From assembly GCA_902766855.1 (NCBI GenBank), contig CACXFE010000212.1, forward strand, positions 1-28,822: DNA of 28,822 nt. Direction: 5' to 3'. Source of the DNA: Oscillospiraceae bacterium (GTDB lineage: Bacteria > Bacillota > Clostridia > Oscillospirales > Acutalibacteraceae). Shown here one piece after another: positions 18,193-26,484 of the stretch. The position numbers were made by a program, and so were the translations under genes. The number at the start of each line of letters is the position of its first letter. The first letter of the stretch is position 1. The notes under the pieces are model-generated. The model was not told where the DNA came from. It made no database searches and saw nothing but the letters and a program-made list of their open reading frames with translations.

Positions 18193-19263
18193 ATGAAAAA
18201 AGGAATTTCCATCAATGAATTAGCGGCTGAAATTTCCCGACAAAAGGATGCTATGGCAGATTATGTGATTGCTCCGTCAAGGCTTTTAATGGACACTTTG
18301 ACAGATACACCGAAGTTAAGGGTGCTCGATGAAGAAGGCAACGACCGTATAAATCCTTTGGACATTGGTGTATATGCGCATAGACAGATAGCGGGTTATC
18401 TTAACATACCGCAAGCATATTACGATCTGATGTTGGATAAAAACCCTGACCTTTTAGGTATAAATGTCAATGACTGGTTGTATCGCACCGAAGATAGGCG
18501 ACTGCTTCGAACACTTGACGGTGAAGCTCGTGCTTTTTTAAGTGACAGATATAAGCGAATTGATAATTACGATATTGCTCAGGCAACCCTACCAGCTATC
18601 TTGGAAATACCGAATGTGGAATTTGTGAGCTGTAATTTAACGCCCGGCAAAATGTATATTAAGGCAATAAATCCTCGGCTGATGGATGATGTTGTACCCG
18701 GTGACACAGTTCAGGCGGGTATTATTATCAGTAACAGTGAGGTTGGCTTAGGTGCAGTAAATATACAACCGCTTATATACCGACTAGTTTGTGAAAACGG
18801 TATGGTTATAAATGATGCTGTTACTCGCAAAACCCATCTCGGTCCTACGATTTCTGATGAAAATATATTCTTATATTCAAAAGAAACGGTAGAAGCCGAC
18901 GATAAAGCCTTTATCCTAAAAATACAAGATACAGTAAGGGCGGCGGTTGATGAAGCAAAATTCCGTACAGTTGTAGGTCAAATGCGCGAAGCGAAAGAAG
19001 CGCAGATGAACACCGCAAATGTACCTGAATTTGTAAGGCTTGCAAGCCGCAGTTTTGGTATTACAGAAAATGAAGAAAAAGGTGTATTACAACATCTTAT
19101 TGAGGGCAAAGATTTATCTTTATACGGTCTTTCTAATGCAGTTACACGGTTTAGTCAGGATGTTGAAAGCTATGACCGTGCCACAGATTTAGAGGGTATC
19201 GGTTATAAGATACTTACTATGCCTAAAAAACAATGGAACAGAATAAATTCAATGGCAGCATAA
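18193..19263 (+). CDS. DUF932-like phage/plasmid protein
   Basis: RAFLSDRY..IDN and AGIIISNSEVGLGAVNIQPLIYRLVCENGM resemble DUF932 signatures. RBS AGGTGA. Confidence 0.7.
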   Translation: MKKGISINELAAEISRQKDAMADYVIAPSRLLMDTLTDTPKLRVLDEEGNDRINPLDIGVYAHRQIAGYLNIPQAYYDLMLDKNPDLLGINVNDWLYRTEDRRLLRTLDGEARAFLSDRYKRIDNYDIAQATLPAILEIPNVEFVSCNLTPGKMYIKAINPRLMDDVVPGDTVQAGIIISNSEVGLGAVNIQPLIYRLVCENGMVINDAVTRKTHLGPTISDENIFLYSKETVEADDKAFILKIQDTVRAAVDEAKFRTVVGQMREAKEAQMNTANVPEFVRLASRSFGITENEEKGVLQHLIEGKDLSLYGLSNAVTRFSQDVESYDRATDLEGIGYKILTMPKKQWNRINSMAA

Positions 19264-19295
19264 TGCTGACCTATTAAAATTTGGAGGAAATAAAA

Positions 19296-20099
19296 ATGAC
19301 AAACGAAAATACTTTAGCAGTAATGGATAACTTTACTATTCAACCTTTAACAAATGCATCTCCTAATACCGTAATAGATGACCTCGATGATTTTGAGGGA
19401 ATTATGATGACCTTCCCCCGAATTAAAATACCGGGCGGTGGTTCGACGGTTTTTGAGGTTCCAAGCGATGATCCTCAAAAGCCAAATAATGTTCCTGCTA
19501 TTGAAGGTATTATCTTGTATAATCATAATACCAATGCTTATTGGGAGGAAGGTTCGGAATATGATATGAATACATCACCTGTTTGTACCTCTGTTGATGG
19601 TAAAACGGGTTATGGAGATCCCGGCGGTGCTTGTGCGGAATGTCCGTTCAATCAGTACGGAACTGATACTAACGGCGGAAAAGGTAAGGCTTGTAAGAAT
19701 ATGCGTAGCCTATATATCTTACAAAACAATGCACCGTTGCCTATAAATCTGTTACTGCCGCCTACAAGCTTAAAGGCATTCAATGATTTCACACGAAATG
19801 CCTTTATAATGAGGAATCGTAAGCCTTGGGGTTCTCTTGTTCGTATTGAACTTCGTAAAGAGAGTAACGGTTCAAATAACTATGCTGTTGCAACCTTTAA
19901 ACTTTTGGGTGATTTTACCGGAGAAAAGTTAGCCGAGGTTATTGAGTATGCAAAAGTTGCCCGTGCAGGTATTAATGAAATGTTAAAGCAACGCGCTATA
20001 AATGTTGAAGAATTAAAAGAGCCTACTGAAACATTTACTGAAATCGTTGATGATGGAAGTGAACCTAATGGCGACCCATTTAGCGCTGTAGAAGTTTAA
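19296..20099 (+). CDS. Cys4 putative Zn-binding protein, candidate ssDNA-binding protein, 267 aa
   Basis: C-x15-C-x2-C-x16-C cluster and an acidic tail ending DDGSEPNGDPFSAVEV. ATG 19296 follows GGAGG. Confidence 0.5.
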   Translation: MTNENTLAVMDNFTIQPLTNASPNTVIDDLDDFEGIMMTFPRIKIPGGGSTVFEVPSDDPQKPNNVPAIEGIILYNHNTNAYWEEGSEYDMNTSPVCTSVDGKTGYGDPGGACAECPFNQYGTDTNGGKGKACKNMRSLYILQNNAPLPINLLLPPTSLKAFNDFTRNAFIMRNRKPWGSLVRIELRKESNGSNNYAVATFKLLGDFTGEKLAEVIEYAKVARAGINEMLKQRAINVEELKEPTETFTEIVDDGSEPNGDPFSAVEV

Positions 20100-20129
20100 A
20101 AATGACCGTGCAGTGTTGCACAAAATTAT

Positions 20130-20170
20130 AAAAGAGATGCTGTAGCAATACGGCATCTCTTTTGCTATTT
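20130..20170 (+). terminator. Internal terminator-like hairpin before the sigma factor gene
   Basis: 15-bp stem 20130-20144/20149-20163 with a GCAA tetraloop, ending TTTT then GCTATTT. Confidence 0.7.
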
Positions 20171-20188
20171 AAGGAGGAAAAATATGCG

Positions 20189-20719
20189 ATGAAACCGTTA
20201 ACGGGAGAGCAGAAACACTTGGCTGAGCTTAATCATGACCTTGTGTATAAATTTTTAAATAAAAATAATTTGTCTGAAGCGGAATATTATGATGTTGTTG
20301 TTTTCGGCTATCTTTGCGCCGCGCAAGAATATTGTGAAAATGCGAAGCTTCAAAAGTTTTCATTTGCAACGGTTGCTTGGAAGATGATGCGTAGAGAATT
20401 ATCAAATCATATTAAATATCTTGATAGAAAAAAACGTGATTTTCCAACGATTAGTTTATCCGAGATACTTAGTGATTCTGATTCGTTGCATTACGAGGAT
20501 GTAATAACACTGGAAAATCAGTTAATGGAAGAATTAAGACTGAATTTGTTATTACATACCCTTGCCGCAAAAATAACCAAAAAGCAAATGCGTATCATAC
20601 GTATGCGTCTTGATGGTTTCAGGATGCACGATATAGCAAGTGCGGAGAAAATGACATTTAAGGATATCAACCGTATGCTTGATGATACCTACCATAAAAT
20701 AATGGAAATCTTAATTTAG
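20189..20719 (+). CDS. Sigma-70 family RNA polymerase sigma factor-like protein, 176 aa
   Basis: Region 2-like DVVVFGYLCAAQEY...FSFATVAWKMMRRELSN and region 4 HTH-like TKKQMRIIRMRLDGFRMHDIAS. RBS AAGGAGG. Confidence 0.75.
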   Translation: MKPLTGEQKHLAELNHDLVYKFLNKNNLSEAEYYDVVVFGYLCAAQEYCENAKLQKFSFATVAWKMMRRELSNHIKYLDRKKRDFPTISLSEILSDSDSLHYEDVITLENQLMEELRLNLLLHTLAAKITKKQMRIIRMRLDGFRMHDIASAEKMTFKDINRMLDDTYHKIMEILI

Positions 20720-20741
20720 TTGTTTTACGGAGGAATGTTTT

Positions 20742-20954
20742 ATGAAATACGAAATTGTTTTATCAATAGAAATTGATATTGATAAAAACGAGTATCCTGA
20801 TGTGACCGATAAGGATGTTGTAGAAGGTTTGATTATTCAAGATTCGGATATTGTTGATGGATTTGAATTGACTACAGCAGTCAGGGGTTATGACAATACG
20901 AAAGATTATTTTCTTAAAAATGCAAAAATTATAAATAAAAATACAATCTTATAA
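20742..20954 (+). CDS. Small acidic hypothetical protein, 70 aa
   Basis: RBS GGAGG; 15 of 70 residues are D/E. Confidence 0.7.
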   Translation: MKYEIVLSIEIDIDKNEYPDVTDKDVVEGLIIQDSDIVDGFELTTAVRGYDNTKDYFLKNAKIINKNTIL

Positions 20955-20988
20955 TATGCGTTTTTAAGGGAAGAAAGGAATGCTTTAT

Positions 20989-21213
20989 ATGAAAAAAACA
21001 GTAGAAATAAGTGGACATATCGTGTTTCCGTTAAAGGAAGGTGTTTCCGCATACATAGCTTGCTCCAAAGGTATAGTACAAACCTCTAAGGTTGTAAGTG
21101 TTAAAAATGATACAAAAGAATTTGCACACTTTGAAACTATGAATTCGGAGTATAAGGTAACACTTGAGAAAAGTCCTGTGGAATTGGCTCAGGCATTGCC
21201 TAAATGTGCATAA
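20989..21213 (+). CDS. Small hypothetical protein, 74 aa
   Basis: RBS AAAGGA is well spaced to ATG 20989 (zero spacing to ATG 20980). Confidence 0.7.
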   Translation: MKKTVEISGHIVFPLKEGVSAYIACSKGIVQTSKVVSVKNDTKEFAHFETMNSEYKVTLEKSPVELAQALPKCA

Positions 21214-21227
21214 AATTATAATTTAGT

Positions 21228-21263
21228 AAAGGGCACAGTGAGAACAATCTTGCTGTGCTTTTT
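21228..21263 (+). terminator. Internal terminator-like hairpin
   Basis: 16-bp stem (several G-U pairs) with an ACAA loop, ending in TTTTT directly before the next RBS. Confidence 0.6.
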
Positions 21264-21278
21264 AGGTAGGTGATTAAA

Positions 21279-21419
21279 ATGAAAGATTTTATAAAAAATA
21301 TAGTTCTTAAATTCCGTTTATGGTTTAAGCGGGATAAAAGATGTCCGCATTGTTGTGTTACCTGTAGATTTTTCAATGATTGTATAGAAGAAATGAGGAA
21401 CGCAAATGAATTTAGCTGA
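21279..21419 (+). CDS. Cys-rich small protein, 46 aa (absent from the ORF track)
   Basis: RBS AGGTGA 5 nt upstream. MKDFIKNIVLKFRLWFKRDKRCPHCCVTCRFFNDCIEEMRNANEFS*. Overlaps the next start by 14 nt. Confidence 0.65.
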   Translation: MKDFIKNIVLKFRLWFKRDKRCPHCCVTCRFFNDCIEEMRNANEFS

Positions 21420-22317
21420 TAAATTAGCCAATGTGGATATGACTGAAGATAAGCGTATATCTGCAGAAGACCGCAAATATTGTGAAGCTCATCAAAAGGC
21501 GTATGAACTGGCTATTGATAATCTAAAAAATCTTGTTTTCTTTTGGGAATGTACCGAAGCCGAACAAGATGCAATTCTCGGTGATTACGACGCCTATACA
21601 CGGAAGTACAGTAGTTATATCTCAATAGAAGATTTTTCTATACGCAAGGTTGAAGATAATATTATGCATACTCATGAGAAATTTGTCAGATATTTAGTCA
21701 ATTATTTTGATAGGACTTATCATATTGAACTCGATGTCGATAAAATCATAAAATTTCTGATTCCTCAAAAACCCGAATACGATTATTCTGACCGTATAAA
21801 TTATGAAAAAAGGGTTGAAGAATGGGAAAAAGAAATGGAAGAAGTATCTTTGCAATTTGAGGATGTATTAGATCAAATTCTTATACAACTTGATGGAAGA
21901 ACATTTATTGAGCGAGCTATTGATGAAATTATTGCGAATTGCCGTCAGCATGCTTGGTTAAACGGTGAGCCATATTTTGAAGTTAAAGGTGACACTATTC
22001 GTTTTCAAGATTATTTCTGCAGTCATGAGTATTGGATTAGCAGAGATAGATGGACATTTACAAGCAGAATGAAAAGTATCGTACCCGCAATTTATCATTA
22101 TGAAACGAACTGTATTGGTAATTATCCGCATTTATTCAATAGACTGTTTAATGACTTTAGTTATCCCGAACTCGATTTTGATAATGATAATAAGCTTATG
22201 TCTATTAAGTGTTTCAAAAAGGGAAGAGTAGATGTCAAATTCAAAAGCAAAACATATGCTACAGAATTTGCGGATAAATATCTCGGTTGGGTTGCGAACG
22301 GAGGTATAACAGAATGA
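21406..22317 (+). CDS. Hypothetical protein, 303 aa, translationally coupled to the MTase-helicase
   Basis: RBS GAGG; its TGA overlaps the downstream ATG (ATGA 22314-22317). Confidence 0.8.
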   Translation: MNLADKLANVDMTEDKRISAEDRKYCEAHQKAYELAIDNLKNLVFFWECTEAEQDAILGDYDAYTRKYSSYISIEDFSIRKVEDNIMHTHEKFVRYLVNYFDRTYHIELDVDKIIKFLIPQKPEYDYSDRINYEKRVEEWEKEMEEVSLQFEDVLDQILIQLDGRTFIERAIDEIIANCRQHAWLNGEPYFEVKGDTIRFQDYFCSHEYWISRDRWTFTSRMKSIVPAIYHYETNCIGNYPHLFNRLFNDFSYPELDFDNDNKLMSIKCFKKGRVDVKFKSKTYATEFADKYLGWVANGGITE

Positions 22318-25300
22318 AATATAAAATATATCCCCGTCCACCAAAACAGGAAGAACGTGCAGAATTCAACCGCAAACTTTTAAAGCTCATAGACAACAAA
22401 GAAACTGAAAAATATAAGATTTCAAGAGATGATGTCTATAACGCCTATACGGGTGATGGAGGTTTGCATGGACTTAAGCGTGAGAACTATGACAATTATC
22501 ATTCCTACAGTAAAGAAAAAAAGGAAATTGAAAACGGTCAGGTATTTACACCGCCTAAGCTTGCAAAATTGATAGTTGACTGTGTAAGTCCGGCGAAGGA
22601 TGAAACCGTCGCAGACCTTACTTGCGGCGCAGGTGCATTCTTTAATTTTTTGCCAAATGAGAAAAACATATACGGTTGTGAAATTGATATTAAGGCTTAT
22701 AAAGTTGTAAAATTCTTATATCCCGATGCAAACATAGAGAATAAAGATATACGCTCATATAAGCCGATGCTTCGTTTTGATTATGTTATTGGCAATCCGC
22801 CTTTTAATCTTAAATGGTGGGTTGATAATGATGAAGAAATGAAGTCGCAACTGTATTTTTGCAAAAAAGCAGCAACGCTTTTAAAACCTAAAGGAATAAT
22901 GGCGATAATTGTACCTGCATCCTTTTTAGCAGATGATTTTGCCAATGGTTCAGATATTGCTTTAATGGAAGAAAATTTTAATTTTTTAGGGCAAATATCT
23001 TTACCTACTGATTCTTTTACGGCGATGGGTGTAGAAGCTTTTGATACCAAATTACAGTTTTGGCAGAAAAAATCCGAATCCGATACCCAGGCAATGCCTT
23101 ATAAAAAAGATATGGCATTTACCGTTCTTAAAAGTAGTAATTATGATGAAATTGCTGTTTGGGTTGGAGAAAATCTTTTATCCAAAGCCAAGGCAGATTT
23201 AAAGCAAAATAAGTACGGAATTTTAAGAGAAATTGCAAAGGAAGGTACGTTATCTTCAGATTTTGAATACAAGGTTAAAAGTATGCTTTATCAGATAAAG
23301 TGCCATCCAAAACTTTCGGAGCATTACAACAAATGCAGTGAATATCTTTACCGTTTTGCACATCAAACTCAGCCTCCCGATATGGACTATAAGGAATGGT
23401 GTAAGCACAAAATAACAGAGAATAAGGTTATAGCATACCTTAAAAATGTTATTTCAAAGCAAAATGCACCTATCCCACAAGACAAAATTGCACTCGTTAA
23501 GCAGAAATACAATTTTGTTTATAAGGGTTATAGTTCAAAATCAAAAGCGGGCTTAACTGAAGAACAGAAAAAGCCGGTGCCGATTTACGATATTGTTTCA
23601 GGTGCTTGTTTTGATGAATTCCCCAGATATGAAAAATTTATCCGTAAAAAGCAAAATGAATATGCCAGAGAAAATGCTCAATTTGAAGATATGACCGAGG
23701 ATGCTGAAATTAAGAATTGGCTTGATAATTTTACTTTATGGGATTCTGAAAATGAAGAGGATATTTATCTTAATCCTATCCAAAAGCACGACCTTAATTT
23801 AATGCTGCAAAAGCGTTACGGACTTCTTCAATGGGAGCAAGGTTCAGGTAAAACTCTTGCGGGTATTGCTGTAGGTAAATACCGTATGGAAAAACAGAAT
23901 ATTCATCATACATGGGTAATTTCTTCTGCTATTTCTATCAGAAATAACTGGGACGTTGTTTTGGAAAATTATGGACTATCTTATGTTTTTGTAGAGAAGC
24001 TTACTGATTTACAGCGTATTAAAAATGGTGATTTTGTAATTATCACGCTTAATATGCTTAACAAATACCGTAAGCAAATAAAACGGTGGGTTCGTATTCA
24101 TAACCAGAAAATACAGCTTGTTTTTGATGAAAGCGATGAGATGTCTAATCCTAATACTGCAACTGCAAAGAGCGTACTTGATTGCTTTAGAAGATGCAAA
24201 TCAAAACTACTTACAACGGGTACGAGTACAAGAAATAATATAGTTGAATTTGCACCCCAATTGGAGCTTATGTATAACAATTCGGCTAATATGATTTCTT
24301 GGTGCGAAAATACATACTCATACGATTATGACCTTGGTGAAGCTTATCTTTGTAATGACGATAATGTTTATTACGGAAAGCCTATTCCTGCATACTCAAA
24401 AGGATATAACCTGTTTAAAGCATCTCACTTGCCCGGCAAAGCTACAGTATTCGGTGTAGAAAAAATGACACAGGATATTTACAATGCTGCCGTGCTTGAT
24501 GAAATACTTGGTAAAACAGTTATAACCCGTACTTTTGAGGAAATTGTCGGCAAGGAGATTCGCAGAATACATCAAATACCTGTAGCAATGTCTGATGCGG
24601 AAAGAGAAGTTTATGAGATTGCTATGAAAGAATTTTATAAGCTTCGTGACCGTTATTATGCAAGTACGGGCAATGGACGCAAGGATGGAATGCTTATCCT
24701 TATGCAGCAGATAAATATGCTTCTTAAGATAAGCGCTGCTCCTAATACGCTTAGTGAATATACAGGTGGTCTTCCTACTAAGATTTCTAAAATCATAGAT
24801 ATGGTAGGGGAGAGTCCTGATGAAACGGTGGCTATAGGTGTTCGCCATCTTGACGTTCTTGCTGTATACAAGGAAGCGTTAGAAAGCGCTTACCCTGACA
24901 GACAGATATTTGTTGTGAGCGGAAAAATGTCTTTTGCAAATCGTAAAAAGCTTCGTAAAACACTCAAAGAAAGCAAAAACGGTATATTGCTTTGCACTCA
25001 GCAGAGTCTGCCGTCAAGTGTAAACTTTGAGTATGTGAATAAGATTTTTCTGCCCGAACTTCATTACAACAATGCAAGAATGAGCCAGTTTTATATGCGT
25101 TTCATTCGTTATACCTCAACCGATTACAAGGATATATACTTTGTAACCGCAGAGGATAGCATTGAGGCAAATCTGCTTATGATGGTTATGTGCAAGGAAA
25201 AGATAAATTTATTTATGAAAGGCAAAAAGATCAACCTCGATGAAATATACGAGAAATTCGGCGTTGACTATGACCTTGTAAATCAAATTATGGTTAAGGA

Positions 25301-25355
25301 TGTAGATGAGAACGGAAAATCGTATGTTCGATGGGGAAGTCAAAAGGTGGCTTAA
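22314..25355 (+). CDS. N6-adenine DNA methyltransferase-SNF2-like helicase fusion (DarB-like order), 1013 aa
   Basis: MTase: GQVFTP, DLTCGAG, VIGNPPF, IVPASFL. Helicase: EQGSGKT, FDESDE, TTGT, QFYMRFIR. Start ATG 22314 with a GGAGGT RBS. Confidence 0.88.
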   Translation: MKYKIYPRPPKQEERAEFNRKLLKLIDNKETEKYKISRDDVYNAYTGDGGLHGLKRENYDNYHSYSKEKKEIENGQVFTPPKLAKLIVDCVSPAKDETVADLTCGAGAFFNFLPNEKNIYGCEIDIKAYKVVKFLYPDANIENKDIRSYKPMLRFDYVIGNPPFNLKWWVDNDEEMKSQLYFCKKAATLLKPKGIMAIIVPASFLADDFANGSDIALMEENFNFLGQISLPTDSFTAMGVEAFDTKLQFWQKKSESDTQAMPYKKDMAFTVLKSSNYDEIAVWVGENLLSKAKADLKQNKYGILREIAKEGTLSSDFEYKVKSMLYQIKCHPKLSEHYNKCSEYLYRFAHQTQPPDMDYKEWCKHKITENKVIAYLKNVISKQNAPIPQDKIALVKQKYNFVYKGYSSKSKAGLTEEQKKPVPIYDIVSGACFDEFPRYEKFIRKKQNEYARENAQFEDMTEDAEIKNWLDNFTLWDSENEEDIYLNPIQKHDLNLMLQKRYGLLQWEQGSGKTLAGIAVGKYRMEKQNIHHTWVISSAISIRNNWDVVLENYGLSYVFVEKLTDLQRIKNGDFVIITLNMLNKYRKQIKRWVRIHNQKIQLVFDESDEMSNPNTATAKSVLDCFRRCKSKLLTTGTSTRNNIVEFAPQLELMYNNSANMISWCENTYSYDYDLGEAYLCNDDNVYYGKPIPAYSKGYNLFKASHLPGKATVFGVEKMTQDIYNAAVLDEILGKTVITRTFEEIVGKEIRRIHQIPVAMSDAEREVYEIAMKEFYKLRDRYYASTGNGRKDGMLILMQQINMLLKISAAPNTLSEYTGGLPTKISKIIDMVGESPDETVAIGVRHLDVLAVYKEALESAYPDRQIFVVSGKMSFANRKKLRKTLKESKNGILLCTQQSLPSSVNFEYVNKIFLPELHYNNARMSQFYMRFIRYTSTDYKDIYFVTAEDSIEANLLMMVMCKEKINLFMKGKKINLDEIYEKFGVDYDLVNQIMVKDVDENGKSYVRWGSQKVA

Positions 25356-25423
25356 ATCTATGCAGTATTAGTTATGTCATATGGGGGTGCAAATCCTCTT
25401 TCACATAGGAAAGGAATAGAAAA

Positions 25424-25630
25424 ATGGTAAGATTTACACAGAGTTTCAGCCATTGGCTGTTTGAAAATCATAAAGATATATATGCACTTGTTCTATTAGG
25501 ACATACCGAGCTTGTTACGGAAGAAATGTGGAATAAATATATAGAGTGGTGCAATACAGATGATGGCAAGCAATATCTAAAGGGCGGCAGTAAATATGAC
25601 CCCGATTTTGATGAAAGGAAAAGATTATGA
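25424..25630 (+). CDS. Small hypothetical protein, 68 aa
   Basis: RBS AGGAAAGGA; ATGA overlap with the next gene. Confidence 0.7.
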   Translation: MVRFTQSFSHWLFENHKDIYALVLLGHTELVTEEMWNKYIEWCNTDDGKQYLKGGSKYDPDFDERKRL

Positions 25631-26406
25631 AAAAAGAATATTATCCCTCTTTGAAATTAGAGTTAGGTAAGGTTTCGTATTACCTGCAAAAAATAATATC
25701 CGAAATACTCAATAGAAATATTGTCTGTGCAGCTAAGGTTGAAAGCAATGATTTTTGGGGTGTTTGTATTGTTAATACCAGGTTATCTTTATCTGATTTG
25801 AAGTTGTTGTTATCCTTTGTGAATGCGGATGACAGGACAGTAGAGGAAACGATGCCTGAAGATGCCAAAAGCACTCATTCTTTAGGTATGCTATTATCCT
25901 CAAAGCTTCTTCAAAAAGCGTTAAATGCTTCTTGGAAAGAGGAATATGTAACCGAAAAAGATCTTTGGCTTATAGATGTAGAATACATAGTTTTAAGCAA
26001 TACCGAAATAGACTCTAATATTTGCTTCGTTTGTAATCGTGCTGTTGATACAAGAGATTTGTTATCCCAGCAGGATATTAAATCGGGTCTTGAGACAGGC
26101 GGTGCAGATTACAACACCTTAGTTAATTTGTGTGAAGAACACCAAAAGAAATACGGAGATCATTTGTTTTGGCGTTATCCTATTTCTGATGGTGAGCACA
26201 CCGGGGTTTATTTTGTTCTTGTAAAGGAAGGAGTTATGGCGATTCCATATAACAGTGTGGATAACGACTGTTTTGAATGGTTCGTTTTATCTGACATTAA
26301 GCTGTGTAGTCATTTGGATATGATTGATTTTATATCCGAATGGGAGGAATATTCCAATAGGCTTGAAAACCAAATGGCATCCTTTAAAGATTTTCTTGGA
26401 GGATAA
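25627..26406 (+). CDS. Hypothetical protein, 259 aa
   Basis: Long ORF in operon orientation, coupled to the upstream gene. Confidence 0.75.
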   Translation: MKKEYYPSLKLELGKVSYYLQKIISEILNRNIVCAAKVESNDFWGVCIVNTRLSLSDLKLLLSFVNADDRTVEETMPEDAKSTHSLGMLLSSKLLQKALNASWKEEYVTEKDLWLIDVEYIVLSNTEIDSNICFVCNRAVDTRDLLSQQDIKSGLETGGADYNTLVNLCEEHQKKYGDHLFWRYPISDGEHTGVYFVLVKEGVMAIPYNSVDNDCFEWFVLSDIKLCSHLDMIDFISEWEEYSNRLENQMASFKDFLGG

Positions 26407-26416
26407 GTAACTAAAA

Positions 26417-26446
26417 TTTCAGCAGGGTTTCAATGCCCTGCTGAAA
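26417..26446 (-). terminator. GC-rich hairpin with a U-tract only on the minus strand
   Basis: TTTCAGCAGGG/CCCTGCTGAAA perfect 11-bp repeat. On the - strand it is followed by TTTTAGTT; on the + strand by GAAAGG. Confidence 0.45.
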
Positions 26447-26484
26447 GAAAGGTTCAGTTATGTGCGTAAAAAGGAATGGTTTAT

